From NCBI GenBank assembly GCA_013265495.1, contig MU057724.1, positions 124,001-188,000 of the forward strand: a stretch of DNA of 64,000 nucleotides, in the 5' to 3' direction. This DNA is from Vicugna vicugna. Its lineage: Eukaryota. Of the stretch, positions 50,540-62,979 are shown piece by piece. Made by a program: the position numbers and the translations under genes. The stretch's first letter is position 1; every line of letters starts with the position of its first letter. The notes beneath the pieces were generated by a model. That model saw nothing but the letters and a program-made list of their open reading frames with translations. It was not told where the DNA came from and did no database searches.

Positions 50540-52490
50540 CTCTTCTCACATGCCATAGCTATTCACCCTCTTAAAGTGTACAGTTCGACAGTTTTTATTA
50601 TATTTACCAGGTTGTGCAGTCACAGCCATATGCTAATATTAGACCATTTTGTGACCTCAGAAAGGAACCCCATACCAGATGCCTGCCACTCCCCTTCTCC
50701 CAGCCACAGCCACCGCTAATCTGCCATCTGTCTTTGTGCATTTGACTGCTTTGGGCTTTCGCGTAAATGGAGCCATACAATGTGTGGTCTCTTGTGACTG
50801 TCTTCTTTCACTTGGTTTAGTATTTTCAGGGTTCATCCCTGTGGTGATATGTATCATATTTAATTTCTTTTTATGACAATGATTTCATTGTATGGAGGGA
50901 CAATATTTAGTTTACTTATTAGTTGATGAACATCTAGTTGTTTCTACTTTGGACTAATCGGAATAGTTCTGCTATGAACATCTGTGTACAGGATTGTTCT
51001 GTGGGTGTAATTTTTCAGTTTTATTGAATATGTATCTAGGAGTGGGATTGCTGGGTCATATGGTAACTTTCATTCTTTGAGGAATTAAACTGTTTTCCAA
51101 AGAAACTGCACTGTTTTGTGTATGAGGGATTGAGTTTCTCCGCATCCTCATTAGCACTTAGGATTGTGTTTTTTATTCTAGTCATCCTAGGGGTTATGAA
51201 GTGGCATCTCATTGTGTCTTTGATTTACATTTCCTTAAGGATTAATGATGTTGAACAGCTTTTCATGTGCTTCTTGGCCATTTGTATACTTTGGGGGATG
51301 CCTGTCTAAATCCTTTGCCCATTTTCTTAATTGGATTATTTGTCCTTTTTTGTTGAATTATAAGAGTTCTTTTTTTTTTTTGTATACAAGTCTCTTATCA
51401 TGTATATAATTTGCAGATATTTTCTCCCATTCTGTGGGTGTTTTTTTTTCACTTTTTTAATAGTGTCCTTTGAAACATAAAAGTTCGTAATTTTGATGGT
51501 GTCCAGTTTTTCTTTTTGCTTGTTTGGTTGCTTGTGCTTTTGATGTTTTGGTGCTGTATCTAAGAAATGTTGCCCAATCCAAAGTTATGAAGGTTTTACT
51601 CATGAACTTTCTCCTGAGTGTTTCACAGTTTTCACTCTTACATTTGGGTCTGTGATCCATTTGAGTAATTTTTGTGTACAGTGTGAGGTGGGGGGTCCAG
51701 CCTCATGCTTTTACATGTGTGTATCCAGGTGTCCCAGTTTGCTAAAAAGACGGTTGTTTCTCTGTGGAATTTTCTTGGAACCCTTGTCAGAAATCAATTT
51801 GCCATAAATACAAGTGTTTTTAGACTCTGGGTTCTTGTCCGTTGCTCTATATGCATGTCTTTTACCAGCACCACAATGATCTTAATTACTGCAACTTTAT
51901 AGTAGATCAGGGAGTGTCAGTCCTTTAACTTTATTTTTCAAGATTATGTTGGGAATTCTGGGTCTCTTATATTTACATATGAATTTTAGAATCAGCTTGT
52001 TAATTTTTATGTCTTTTGCAGTGAACCAGTTGGGTTTTTGATAGAGGTTATATTGAATCTGTATGTCAATTTGAAGAGAATTACCATCTTATCAATATTT
52101 AGTCTTTCGGTCCATAAACATGGGATGTCTTTTCATTTAATTAGATCTTTGACTTATTTCAGCAGTGATTTTGTATAGTTTTCAGTCTCCAAGTCTTGCA
52201 CTTATTTTGTTAAATTTATGCCTAAGTATTTCCTTTTTTATGCTGTTATAAATGGAATTGGTTCCTTAATTTCACTTCAGATTGTTTATTGCTAATGTAT
52301 AGATATGCAAGTGGCTTTATATATTGACCTATATTCTGAAGTCTTGTTGAGTTCGATTATTAGCTCTCGTAGTTTTTTAGTGGAGTCCTTAGGATTTTTT
52401 GTAAAATCATGTAATTTTTTGAATGAAGATTGTTTTACTTCATTTCCAATCTGGAGGTATCTTATTTCTTTGTCTTTCTTAATTGCCCTT
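50540..52490 (-). mobile_element. LINE-1 (L1MB-like) 3' UTR and 3' ORF2
   Basis: ttcaccctcttaaagtgtacagttc...; ggagtgggattgctgggtcatatggtaact; further antisense ORF2 motifs up to ttcttaattgccct. Confidence 0.9.
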
Positions 52491-52669
52491 GAAGTTCTCT
52501 TAATTCTCTTAAGGCAGAAAAATAGAAATGCTTATTTGATGCTGTGGTGCATGAACAGTCGCTCATCTTCCTACTCACTTTCCTCAGTGTCGTGAAGTCC
52601 TGCGCAGACTTCATTACCCAATCTTATGCCACTTGCCCTGTGAAGTCTCCTGGAAATAGTCTCTTCCTC

Positions 52670-52960
52670 AGTATGGTAGAATGGGAAAAACAAATGCTGG
52701 AAAGCAGATAAACGTTGGTTTGAATTTGAACTCTGCCACGTATTAGCTATATTTTCTTGGTTAAAGATAGCCGGGTGGGTGGGTGGATGGATGGATGGAT
52801 GGATGGATGGATGGATAGATTGTCTTGACTCTCTTCATTTTCATAACGGCCCCATGCAGTTAGTACCCTTACTATCAGCCTTGTATGGTGGTTTTGAAGA
52901 TTAAATATGATAATATTTATAAAATACATGTCACCAAGTAGACAGCCTTAACACTTTCTA
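52670..52960 (+). mobile_element. MIR SINE interrupted by a (GGGT)n(GGAT)n microsatellite
   Basis: ggtttgaatttgaactctgccacgtattagct...tggttttgaagattaaatatgataatatttataaaa. Confidence 0.7.
52773..52820 (+). repeat. Compound tetranucleotide microsatellite (GGGT)3(GGAT)8 AGAT
   Basis: Read directly from the sequence. Confidence 0.95.
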
Positions 52961-53956
52961 TAACTATTATAGTCCTTTGTATTGTAGTCAGGTATAGAGG
53001 TGTCAGTCTTCACTGAAAGGCTGTAAAACTTGCAGGTAAGGATTATGAGGGTTAGTATTTATTACTGCATCTTCTTCAAATATTGTGTCTACTGTATATG
53101 TCCCTAAATGTATTTCAGTAGCCATATCTCTTTTTGGCATTTGTGATAGTTTGTCTTTGTGTATCATCTCTTCCTTCAGGATGGCAGAAAATGGGTTTGT
53201 TTTCCTACCCTTTATCTCATTTTATTGGCCTCATGTCAGGTAACAACTAGCTGGTTGAAATTTTAAATGCTTTGGTGTAGAATCAGAGCTGTAGATATTT
53301 GAAAGTAGTTATGTTCATGTTCTGTAAACACTGTAATACCAACCTGCTTGGTTTGATCCAGTTCATATTTGCAGCTAACATGTGCCTTGAACACATCTTC
53401 CTAATGAGCTTACTGATGGTATCAGACAGCAACAAGAGCTCCTGTGTTTGTTCTGTTTTACATATAAAACCAGTGCACACTTGAAGGAAAAAATCAAAAG
53501 CAACAACAGCCGTGATCTGAATACAGACAATTTTGAAAATAAAATCTTTGTAACATTATGAAGATTCATAGCCAGGCGACTATGGTATGTGTATCCATAG
53601 TTCTAAGTTTGCATCTTAATCTGGCCTTGGTGATTCTCCAGCGCCTGTTTGTTATCCATCAAGAATGGTTTCAAGGTGGCCCTATATAAAAGGCATGGAA
53701 TTGTCTGCCTGTTCCTGACTTCCTTCCCCTGGAAACTTTTGTCCCTAAAAGAGGTTGGAGACCTCTAATAGTCTGCACTCTGCCTTCCCATGCCTGCAGC
53801 TGTGATCTGGAGAGGTGTTGTGGTCACACCAGAACTTTCCCGTGAGCCAGACCACAGCTCTGGAACATGTGCTCTGAGAGCACAGCGCAGGGCAGAGCGG
53901 TGGGGGACCGTCTGCAGGGGCAGCCACATTGCAGGCACAGCCCCACGGGTCTCTAC

Positions 53957-54036
53957 AGCTGGACACACAGACGGTGAGAGCATGTGTGACACCCAGAGCC
54001 GGACGCACAGATGGTGAGATCGTGTGTGACACCCAG
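53957..54036. repeat. 40-bp tandem duplication with 5 mismatches
   Basis: agctggacacacagacggtgagagcatgtgtgacacccag / agccggacgcacagatggtgagatcgtgtgtgacacccag. Confidence 0.9.
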
Positions 54037-56077
54037 CTTGATTTCCGAGGGAGCTGGGTTGCCCAGCCTGTTGCCCCCTTTCTCCCTGTCTGCCTCTGTT
54101 GCGGGACCTCTTCTGCCCTGCCTCTCAGCCGCTACTGGGACCCAGAGCTCTTGGGGTGGCCAGCTAGCAGTCCTGGTTGGCTCACCCTTGTTGTGCTCAC
54201 ATCTTGGCCTTGCAGTTCTGATTAGCTTGAATCTAATCCTCCCCATGTGCCGCAGAGAACTACAGCAAATGTACCCTCCAAAGCCATTCTTCAGAAGAGA
54301 GAGACACTGTGATACTTGAACAGGGACTCTCGTTCTTCCCGCCCTGTCAGCCTGGCAGTGGTATAAATACACCTCATGTTTATCTGCACAGATGCAAAAA
54401 GGGTATGACAAGGTACAGGGGTATCTAGACAGGTGCCTAACAGTGAGAATAACGTCCAGGTCCTGTGCATTCACTGGTACTTGTCAGCGCTTCAATCAGC
54501 CCGTTCATTTGTTTGAAATTTCACTTCTCCCTTTTAACCATCTGAGGTCAGGACTGTGACTCCCCTGGTTTTGGTGCAGGACCTTGAGGGTGGTGGACAC
54601 GTAACAGAATGTGTGGACGGGGAAGGAGTGGCAAGTAGGAAGCTGAGGGGTGGTGTGAGGCTGTGTCGCCTCTTCACTCAGGACCGGCCCGGCCACATGT
54701 GTGGTCACTCCTCTGCGGAGACCGGCAGGGAGGCTGAGAGGCAGGAATCACCAGGAGCACTCTGCTCTGGAACGACAGAAGATGAGCATCCACCCGGGTG
54801 CTGGGTGGATGTACAGGAGCAGAAGAGGGGCCTCTTGGGAGGTGGCAAGGGAGGAAGAAGAGCTGCTCTAGAGTGAGGGTATTTATAAGGAGAAAAAAGA
54901 ATCCAGTTGAGAATGACTGAAGGGGTTTAAAGCATTAGTTACAATTAATGCAGAATTAAGAGAAATCAAGAAAAAAATCAGTCAGCCACAGGTAGAAGAT
55001 GAAAGGATGAAAACATTTAACCCAAAAAGAAACTTAATTACCTGAGGAGGAAGCTCAGAATTAAAGAAAGAAGGTCTGAGTTGTGCAGGGAAGCGGGTAG
55101 GGAGGCTCCCAGATCTGGAGTAGCTCTGGCGGTCTCAGAGCTGCTCTGGGGGTCCTGGCTGTGTGCTGGCCTGTCCTTCCTCTCCTGCTGAGGACTCTTG
55201 AGTGCGGGGGTCAGAAGCTCTTGCAGGAGGGAACAGGCAGAGAAGACCAGACTGTGTTTGTACGTCGAGGGTGTAAGAGAAGAGTGAAGTAAAGGTCAGG
55301 GTCTCCCAGTGTCTCACCACTTACACAGACATTTGGGAAAAACAGAGGTGACTTAGGCAGCCCTGCATCAGGAGCCTTGGCACACCGATGCACTGTAGTA
55401 ACACAGTCTGTGCAGGAAACCCACAGACATTCCTGAAGTCCTGTCTTTCTGTGAGCTGTAGAAAAGTGGAAAACTGCAGTGACAGCAAAGATACCAGTAA
55501 ATCTTACTGTTAAATATCTTTAAAGCAAGTAATTATAGTTTTTATTCTGCTCATTAATGCATCATCTGCTCTTCAGGAAAGACTAGAATGAGATTCCCTG
55601 AAATGATGTACTTTGCACAAGGGTTGCTGTATTCTTGGTAGCAAGTGTCATTCATCATGGTGGATTGTCTGCCAATGTACCTTTATATTTAAGTTTTGAA
55701 TTTCTTCCAGGTGCTTCCTGAAGAAGAGTGTCTGGTGTCTGTTTTGGGGTGGCTGGAAGGTGGGGGAGAGTCTGGCCCAAGGATTGCAGGACAGCGATGA
55801 AGCCCCATTCCAGGGGCTCTGTGCCTTTCTCCCTGGCCGTGCTGCAGGCTTCTGCTTGGAGAGAGCACGCTCTGAACTTCCAGTGCAGACAGCACAGAGA
55901 ATGCGCACTTGCACAGGGACATTCACAAGTGCGCCTATGAATAGACTTCCTGGACGTGTGCATGAGGAGAGGCTATTCCCTGTCACTACCTGGGGAGGAA
56001 CTGGACGTGGGGGCCGGTTCCCTGAATGTCTGTTAGAACATGTGGATTTTGGGTGCACACATCACCTTTTCTTTAAA

Positions 56078-57030
56078 ACTTTTTTTTAAATTGAGGTGAA
56101 ATGCGCATAGCATAAAATTAACCATTTTATGGTGCATAGGTCTGGTATTTAGCATATTCACAGTGTTGTGTAGCCACCACTTGTGTTTGGATCCAGCATA
56201 TTTTCTGCACCCACTAATAGTCCCCCGTAAACCTCCCCGCCCCCGCCAGCCCCTGGTCACCACGAGTCTGCTTTCTGGACATCTTATGTAAGTGGACCAT
56301 ACGGTGTGTGGGCTTTTGTGTCTCGTGTCTCACTCAGCATCACGTCTTCAGTTAGTCCATGTTGGGGCCTTTCTATTTATGGCTGAATAATATTCTGTAG
56401 TATAGATGTATCAAATTTTGTTTATCCTTTCATCAGCTGATGGACATTTGGGTTGTTTCCACTTTGAGGCTGTTATGAATAATGCTACTGTGAACATCTT
56501 TCTAGAAGTCCTTCTATGGATGCATGTTTTCATTTCTCTTGGGTGTATTCTCAGGAGTAGAGTTGGTGGGTTATATGGTAATTCTATGTTTAACTTTTTG
56601 AGGAACCACCAGAATATTTTCTGCAGCACATGAACCATTTTATAGTCTTTCCAGCTATGTATGTGGGCTCCAGTTTCTCCACATCTTCACCAACACTTGT
56701 TACTTCTTTCCTTCTTTTACTAACAACTATTGTAAGTGGTTAAGAGATATTTTTACTTCTTCCTTTCCAATTTATTTGTCATTTGTTTCTTGTTTTCACG
56801 TTGCGGGCAGAATTTCCCCCAACGGTAAGTGGAAGTAGCAAGAGAAACATCTTGATCTTGCTCCTGTTCATAGGGGGAACGTTCATCTTTCACGATTGAG
56901 TCCGGTGTTAGCTGTGGGCTTTTCATATGTGCCCTTTGTCAGGTTGAAGAAGTGCCCTTCTGTTCCTAGTTTGTTGAGCGTTTTTATAATGAAAGAGTGT
57001 TGGGTTTTGTCAAATGCTTTTTCTGCATAG
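56078..57030 (-). mobile_element. LINE-1 (L1MB-like) 3' end plus ORF2 piece
   Basis: ttttaaattgaggtgaaatgcgcatagcataaaattaaccatttt. ORF 56411..56638(-) reads FLKKLNIELPYNPPTLLLRIHPREMKTCIH...FITASKWKQPKCPS, the ORF2 C-terminus. Confidence 0.9.
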
Positions 57031-57239
57031 CCTAGTCCCACCTTTTTTGAATTATACGTCATATGTTCAGAATCAGAGAATAACTAACGTGGCGATTCTT
57101 AGTAGAGAATGTGTTGTAACCACATTGCTAAAATAATTGCTTTGAACCATCAGGTTATAGAACTAGTTCAATTCTACTTGATCCTTCTTTGCAGTAATAT
57201 TCTCTGTAATGAGAATTTACAAACATGTACTTATCTTTA

Positions 57240-57840
57240 GTTTTTTTAAAATTGATTTTAATAAACCTTTTAATTTAGGATAGTTTTAGATTTACAAAGA
57301 CAATGTGGAGAGCTTCCGTTTACTCCATACCCAGTTTCTCCTATTTTTTTTATTGAGGTAGAGTTGATTTACAATATTAAACATGTTTCAGGTGTGTTTC
57401 CCCTATTTTTGACATATTATACTATTATGATACACAATTGTTGAACCAATATTGATACTATTATTCTTAACTGAGACTTATGCTTTATTCAGATTTCCTC
57501 AGATTTTCCCTAATGTCCTTTTTCTGTTCCAGGATCCCATCCCTGGGCCACGTTACATTTAGTTGTTATGTCGTCTGAGGCTACTCTAGGCTGTCAATTT
57601 CATAGATATTCTTTGTTTTTGGTGACCTTGCCAGTTTTGAGGATAACTGGCTAGGTATTTTGTGGAAGATCCCTTAGTTTGTGTTTTTCTGACATTTAGA
57701 CACGGGTTTGAAGAGGCAGGTGGCAAGGTGAGGGCCGTTTCCACCACGTCACACCGGGGGTGCTTCCTTTTGACCCGCCCTGCCCGTGCTGTTGTTGAGC
57801 TCGATTACTGGCTGAGGTCATGCTTATCCGCTTCTACACT
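57240..57840 (-). mobile_element. L1MC-like 3' UTR fragment
   Basis: tttattcagatttcctcagattttccctaatgtcctttttctgttccaggatcccatc...ttacatttagttgt. Confidence 0.8.
57346..57395 (-). mobile_element. Severely 5'-truncated (~50 bp) younger L1 3' tip nested in L1MC
   Basis: ttttttattgaggtagagttgatttacaatattaaacatgtttcaggtgt, flanked by the TSD gtttctcctatt (57334-57345) / gtttcccctatt (57396-57407). Confidence 0.8.
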
Positions 57841-59254
57841 ATACAGTTAGTTTCTAAAAAATCAATTTATATTTGCACTCTTGTTTGGTAATATCCCGGG
57901 GTCAAAGCTGGACCCACACTATTACTCCCTTGGTACCTAAGAGAGTCTGAAGCTAGAGCTTTTGTGACTTTTACAAGCTCAGAGCCAAATTGCCAAGTTG
58001 TCTCTGAAGTTATTTATTATTGGTGTGCACATCCACATTGCAAGTACAGGGTTGAGGGGTGAGGAGAGCATTGAAAGACCCACTGTCTCCCTTTGGTAGG
58101 GTCCGGTGGACGCAGTAGGCCTGTGTCCACACAGGGGTGAACAGCAAGGCAGACAGAGGTTGTGTTCAGTGCACAGACCCCATCTCACACCTTCTGCAGC
58201 CCGTCACCCTGCAGTGCAAAAAGTAGCATCAGCAGGAGAGAAAACAGAGCCCCTGTCGTAAAGTAACCACATGCTCCGAAGTCACCTACACACCCAGACT
58301 GGGCCTGGGCAATACTGGATGCCATGTCGGAGCAGGAGACACTAAGGTGAGTGTCAGGCCTGTGTCCGGGCATCTGTGCATACACTCTCGGGGCCAGGAA
58401 GCTGCGAGGTTGACATAGGCAGAGCCTTGCCCTGGTCCTCGGAAACTGTGACATCTTCAGGGTGCACGATGTCCTCAGAGACTCCCTTTAGGCCACAGTG
58501 GACCTTAATGTAAAAGTTGAGTGTGTGGGGTGAGGACCTCTGACGGCAAGAGATCACCACAGAGTTACAGGCTTTCATATTGTGGTTCGTGTTTGCATCA
58601 GAATCCCTCCCATATGTCTTTTCTAGTTGATTTGTCCAGCTGGGCATTCTTTAAAATTAATAATATATCTTCCTTTTCTTTATCTTCTACAGAAGTGTAG
58701 CTATCACTGATGTTCTTTCTCGTCATCCAGTTCGCCCAGAACAACTTAGCTGCTCTTACTCAGTCTTAAAGGAAAACCAAACTGAATGTATCAAAATCTT
58801 AACCACTTGTACTGTTTTTTTTCCTTCTGGTGCATAAACTCAAACTATAATAAAATACTGCCAGGGATGGTAGGCTGCACAGTGAACATTTTCTCAATTT
58901 TAGCAGGAGTTAATTTTTCTTTATATAGCTGCATTTTTAATAATTTAATTTTATAAATATAAACTCTCAAAAATGTTAGTATTTTGTTTTGATGTAAACA
59001 TAAGATAAATGTGTTACTTTTTCATAATTACCTGTGAAGCTATTTATTACTCTACACAGGTGTTACTTTTTTTTTAATCCATACATGTTGTTTTGTATAA
59101 GATTTTTTTTACAAAATAGGTGCTGTTTAACACTTTGAGGTAAGAGCAACTAAGTGAATGACTTTAAAAGTAATGGGTATTATGTAATCCATTGGTCTTC
59201 AGCTTCATTTATGAGGACTTACAATTTAGTTTAGGAGCCATCTCAGTGTCAAAA

Positions 59255-59563
59255 GTGGAGTACTGTGCTGTCATTTAAAAATAAGGAGTGTGGATGCTCT
59301 TCCTGTATTAATATGGAATGATCTTCAGAGTGTACTGTTAAGACAAATGAACCAAGTCCAAAACAATATACAAAATGTACTACCATTTGGTTAAAGCGTT
59401 TGGGGATGCATTATGCATTTAAGTGCTTTATATGCATAAACTGTCTCTGGAAGACCCACAAGGAGGGGTAACTTTAGTTGTCCAGGAGGATAACTGGGTG
59501 GTCCAGAAAGGAAGGAGAGGTTTGAATTTGAACTGTGTGAATGTGTTATCTATTTTAAAATAA
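59255..59563 (+). mobile_element. L1ME-like 3' end fragment
   Basis: tggagtactgtgctgtcatttaaaa...atatggaatgatcttcagagtgtactgttaag...tgaactgtgtgaatgtgttatctattttaaaataaa. Confidence 0.7.
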
Positions 59564-59784
59564 ACCCTTGTGATAAATTATCTAAAACAAAAGTGAGGGC
59601 CAGCTTTAGGTGTTGTTAATGGTTGAACCTCACTTTCATTTCTTCTTAATCATGGAGTCAACTCTGTGTGCTCTAAGACACACTCATGCAGATGGCTCTG
59701 AATATTTCTTTCCAGGCAGTAGTAGTATTCAGCTTTGGTTTGGTTAATTTGTGTTTCTGGGTTTCCATGTCTTTTAATACAAAT

Positions 59785-60310
59785 GTTACAGAATCATGGA
59801 GTCTTGAGAGTTGGATTGGCCCTGAGTTACCAGTAGTGGCTCATTGACTTGTTGATGTAGTCTCGGCTGCAGTGGGTTTGCACGATCTGGGGGCAGACAC
59901 ACTGCCTGCCCCAGCCATTCATGCACTTGAGGTCCTCACACCAACAAAGATCTCTCCTATCTTGAACCTAAATCTGTCTTACTAGATCTTCTAACCCTTG
60001 GAACTGGTGGTTCCTCTCAGGGTTGTGTGGTCTTGATCTATCTGCTTTTTTACATGGCAGCCCTAAATATGCATTTACACACAAAGTACCTGCTTCTCAT
60101 CATAATCGTACTTGTTCTTCTGCTTTGGAGCCTGCCAAGTTGCTGGTGAGCTTCTCTGTCCTTGCCTTTGGAGTTGATTTTTTGGACCCAAATGCAACAC
60201 CTTATATTTATATTTCTCTTTGTTAAATTGCATTTTGGCAGATTCAGCCCATGAACTGATTTATTGTTTTAATCCTGATTCTGTCATCTAAAAATTGCAT
60301 TATTTCTCCC
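59785..60310 (-). mobile_element. L3/CR1 LINE fragment
   Basis: acagaatcatggagtcttgagagttgga tail, and ttttggacccaaatgcaacaccttatattta...ttaaattgcattttggcagattcagccca...atcctgattctgtcatc. Confidence 0.65.
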
Positions 60311-60710
60311 CTACTTTCTTTTTTAAGACTTTTTTTTTAAGAGAAGTTTCAGGTTTACAACAAAATTGGAAGGTACAGAGATTTCCCATGTACCTCTTTC
60401 CCCACACACATATAGCCTCTCGCATATTGACATCATTCACCAGAATGATACCTTTTTTTTAAAATCAGGAACGAACCTACATTGACACATCATAGTCACC
60501 CAAAGTCCATAGTTTACATTGGGGTCCACCCTTGGTGATGTACATTCTGTGGCTTTAAACAAAAGTAAAATGATGTATATCCATCATTATGATATACAGA
60601 ATACTTTCACTGGTCTAAATATCCTCTGTGCTCTATCTCCTCTGCCACACTCCTGACAACCACAGTCTTTTGCTGTCTTCACAGTTTTGCCTTTTCCAGA
60701 ATGCCACATA

Positions 60711-60844
60711 CAGTCTGCCCCTCTGTATCTGTGGGATGTGGAACCCATATACAGGGGCCAGCTCTACCATGTCATCTTACATGAGAGACCTGAGCATCTG
60801 CAGATTTCGGTATCTGTGGGGGTCCTGGAACTAAGGGACAAATG
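60711..60844. mobile_element. Short MER2-like (TcMar-Tigger) MITE nested in L1MC1
   Basis: cagtctgcccctctgtatctgtggg ... gagcatctgcagatttcggtatctgtgggggtcctggaac...agggacaaatg, flanked by TA at 60709-60710 and 60845-60846. Confidence 0.75.
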
Positions 60845-62263
60845 TAATTGGATTCAGACAGTATGTACCCTTTTCAGATTGGATTCTTTCATTTAGTCAT
60901 ATGCATTTAAGGTTCCTCTATGTCTTTTCATGGCTGAATGGTTTCTTTTTAGCACTGAATAATATTCCATTGTCTGGATGTGCCAGTTTATCCATTCACC
61001 GACTGGAGGATGTCTTGGTTGCTTCCAGGTTTTAGTAATTATGAATAAAGCTGCTATAAACATTCATGTGTAATCCTCCAGCTTTGTTGTTCTTCAATAT
61101 TTTGTTGGCTATTCTAGGTCTTTTGCATGTATATATAAACTTTAGAGTCAATTTGTCAACATCCACAAAATAACTTGCCAGGATTTTAATTGTGATTGCA
61201 TTGAATCTATAGATCAAGTTGAAAAAAACTGGCATCTTGACAAAACTGAGCCTTGCTGTCCCTGAACATGGAATATCTCTCGTTTTATGTATTTCTTTGA
61301 TTTTACTCATCAGAAATGTGTAGTTTTCTTCATGTAGATCTTGTAATAAATTACTATACCTAAGAATACCTAAGCATATCTAAGTATTTCATCTTGGGGG
61401 TGTTAACGTAAATGGTATGGTATTTTTAATTTTAAATTATACTTATTATTGGTATATAGGAAAGCAATTGACTTCTGCATATTAACCTTGTATCCTGCAA
61501 CCTTGCTATAATCATTTATTAGTTCCAGGAGTTTTTTGGAACTTTTACATAGATGATCATGTCATCTGCAAACAAAGACAGTTTTATGTGTTCCTTCGCA
61601 ATCTGTATACCGTTTACTTCCTTCTCTTATGTTATTGCATTAGCAAGTACTTCCAGTATAATGTTGAAAAGGAGTGGTGAGAAGGGACACCCTTGCCTTT
61701 TACCTGTTCTTAGTGGGAAAGCTTCTAGCTTCTCATTGTTGAATATGACTTCAGCCGTAGGTTTTTTGTATAGTCTTCATCAGCTTGTAAAGTTTCCCTC
61801 TATTCCTAGTTTACTAAGAGTTTTTAGCATGAGTAGGTGTTAAATTTTGTCAAATACTTAGCCTACATGTGTTGATATGATCATGTGATTATTCTTTTTT
61901 AGTTGTGATGTATTACATAAATTGACCTTCAAATGTTGAAACAGCTTTGCATAACTGGGATAAATCCCACTTGGTGATGGTATAGAATTCCTTTTACACA
62001 TTGTTGGTTTGATTTGCTAATATTTTGTTGAGGATTTATGCATCTTAGAATCATGGTGGTTCGTAGTTTTCCTTTTTTGTACTATCTTTGTCTGGTTTTG
62101 GTATGAGGGTAATACTGGCCTCATAGAATAAGATAGGAAGCACTCCCGCTGCTTCTACCCTCTGAGAAAGATTATAGCCAGTTGATATAATTTCTTCCTT
62201 AAATGTTTGGTTAAATTCACCAGTGAACCCATCTGAGCCTGGTGCTTTCTGTTTTGGAAGATG

Positions 62264-62979
62264 GTTTTTTTTTTTTTACATTTTTTTATTGAGTTATAGT
62301 CATTTTACAATGTTGTGTCAAATTCCAGCGTAGAGCACAATTTTTCAGTTATACATGAACATATATATATATATTCATTGTCACATTTTTTTCTCTGTGA
62401 GCTACCATAAGATCTTGTATATATTTCCCTGTGTTATACAGTATAATCTTATATATCTATTCTACATTTTGAAATTCCAGTCTGTCTTTTCCCACCCCCC
62501 CTCCTTGGCAACCACAAGTTTCTTTCTATGTCTATGAGTCTGTCTCTGTTTTGTATTTATGTTTAGTTTTGGTTTGGTTTTTTTTTTAGATTCCACATAC
62601 GAGAGATCTCATATGGTATTTTTCTTTCTCTTTCTGGCTTACTTCACTTAGAATGACATTCTCCAGTAGCATCCATGTTGCTGCAAATGACATTACATTG
62701 TCGGTTTTTATGGCTGAAGAGTATTCCACTTATATTCCATATAAATATACCACCTCTTCTTTATCCAGTCCTCTGTTGATGGACATTTAGGCTGCTTCCA
62801 TGTCTTGGCTATTGTAAATAGTGCTGCTATGAACATTGGGGTGCAGGTGTCATTTTGAAGTAGGGTTCCTTCTGGATATATGCCCAGGAGTGGGATTCCT
62901 GGGTCATATGGTAAGTCTGTTCCTAGTCTTTTGAGGAATCTCCATACTGTTTTCCACAGTGGCTGCACCAAACTGCATT
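62264..62979 (-). mobile_element. Young camelid-type LINE-1 3' end, 5'-truncated, nested in L1MC1
   Basis: Poly-T tail and a little-decayed ORF2 C-terminus ([32 protein letters not shown]...CTPMFIAALFTIAKTWKQPKCPS). TSD tgttttggaagatg at 62250-62263 and 62980-62993. Confidence 0.93.

Noticed and set aside
53680..53695. TATA-box-like TATATAAAAGG
   Set aside because: It is an isolated motif with no CpG island or other promoter evidence.
58200..58352. Exon candidate ending in AAG|gtgagt
   Set aside because: All three frames contain stops from the upstream acceptor; an isolated donor is expected by chance.
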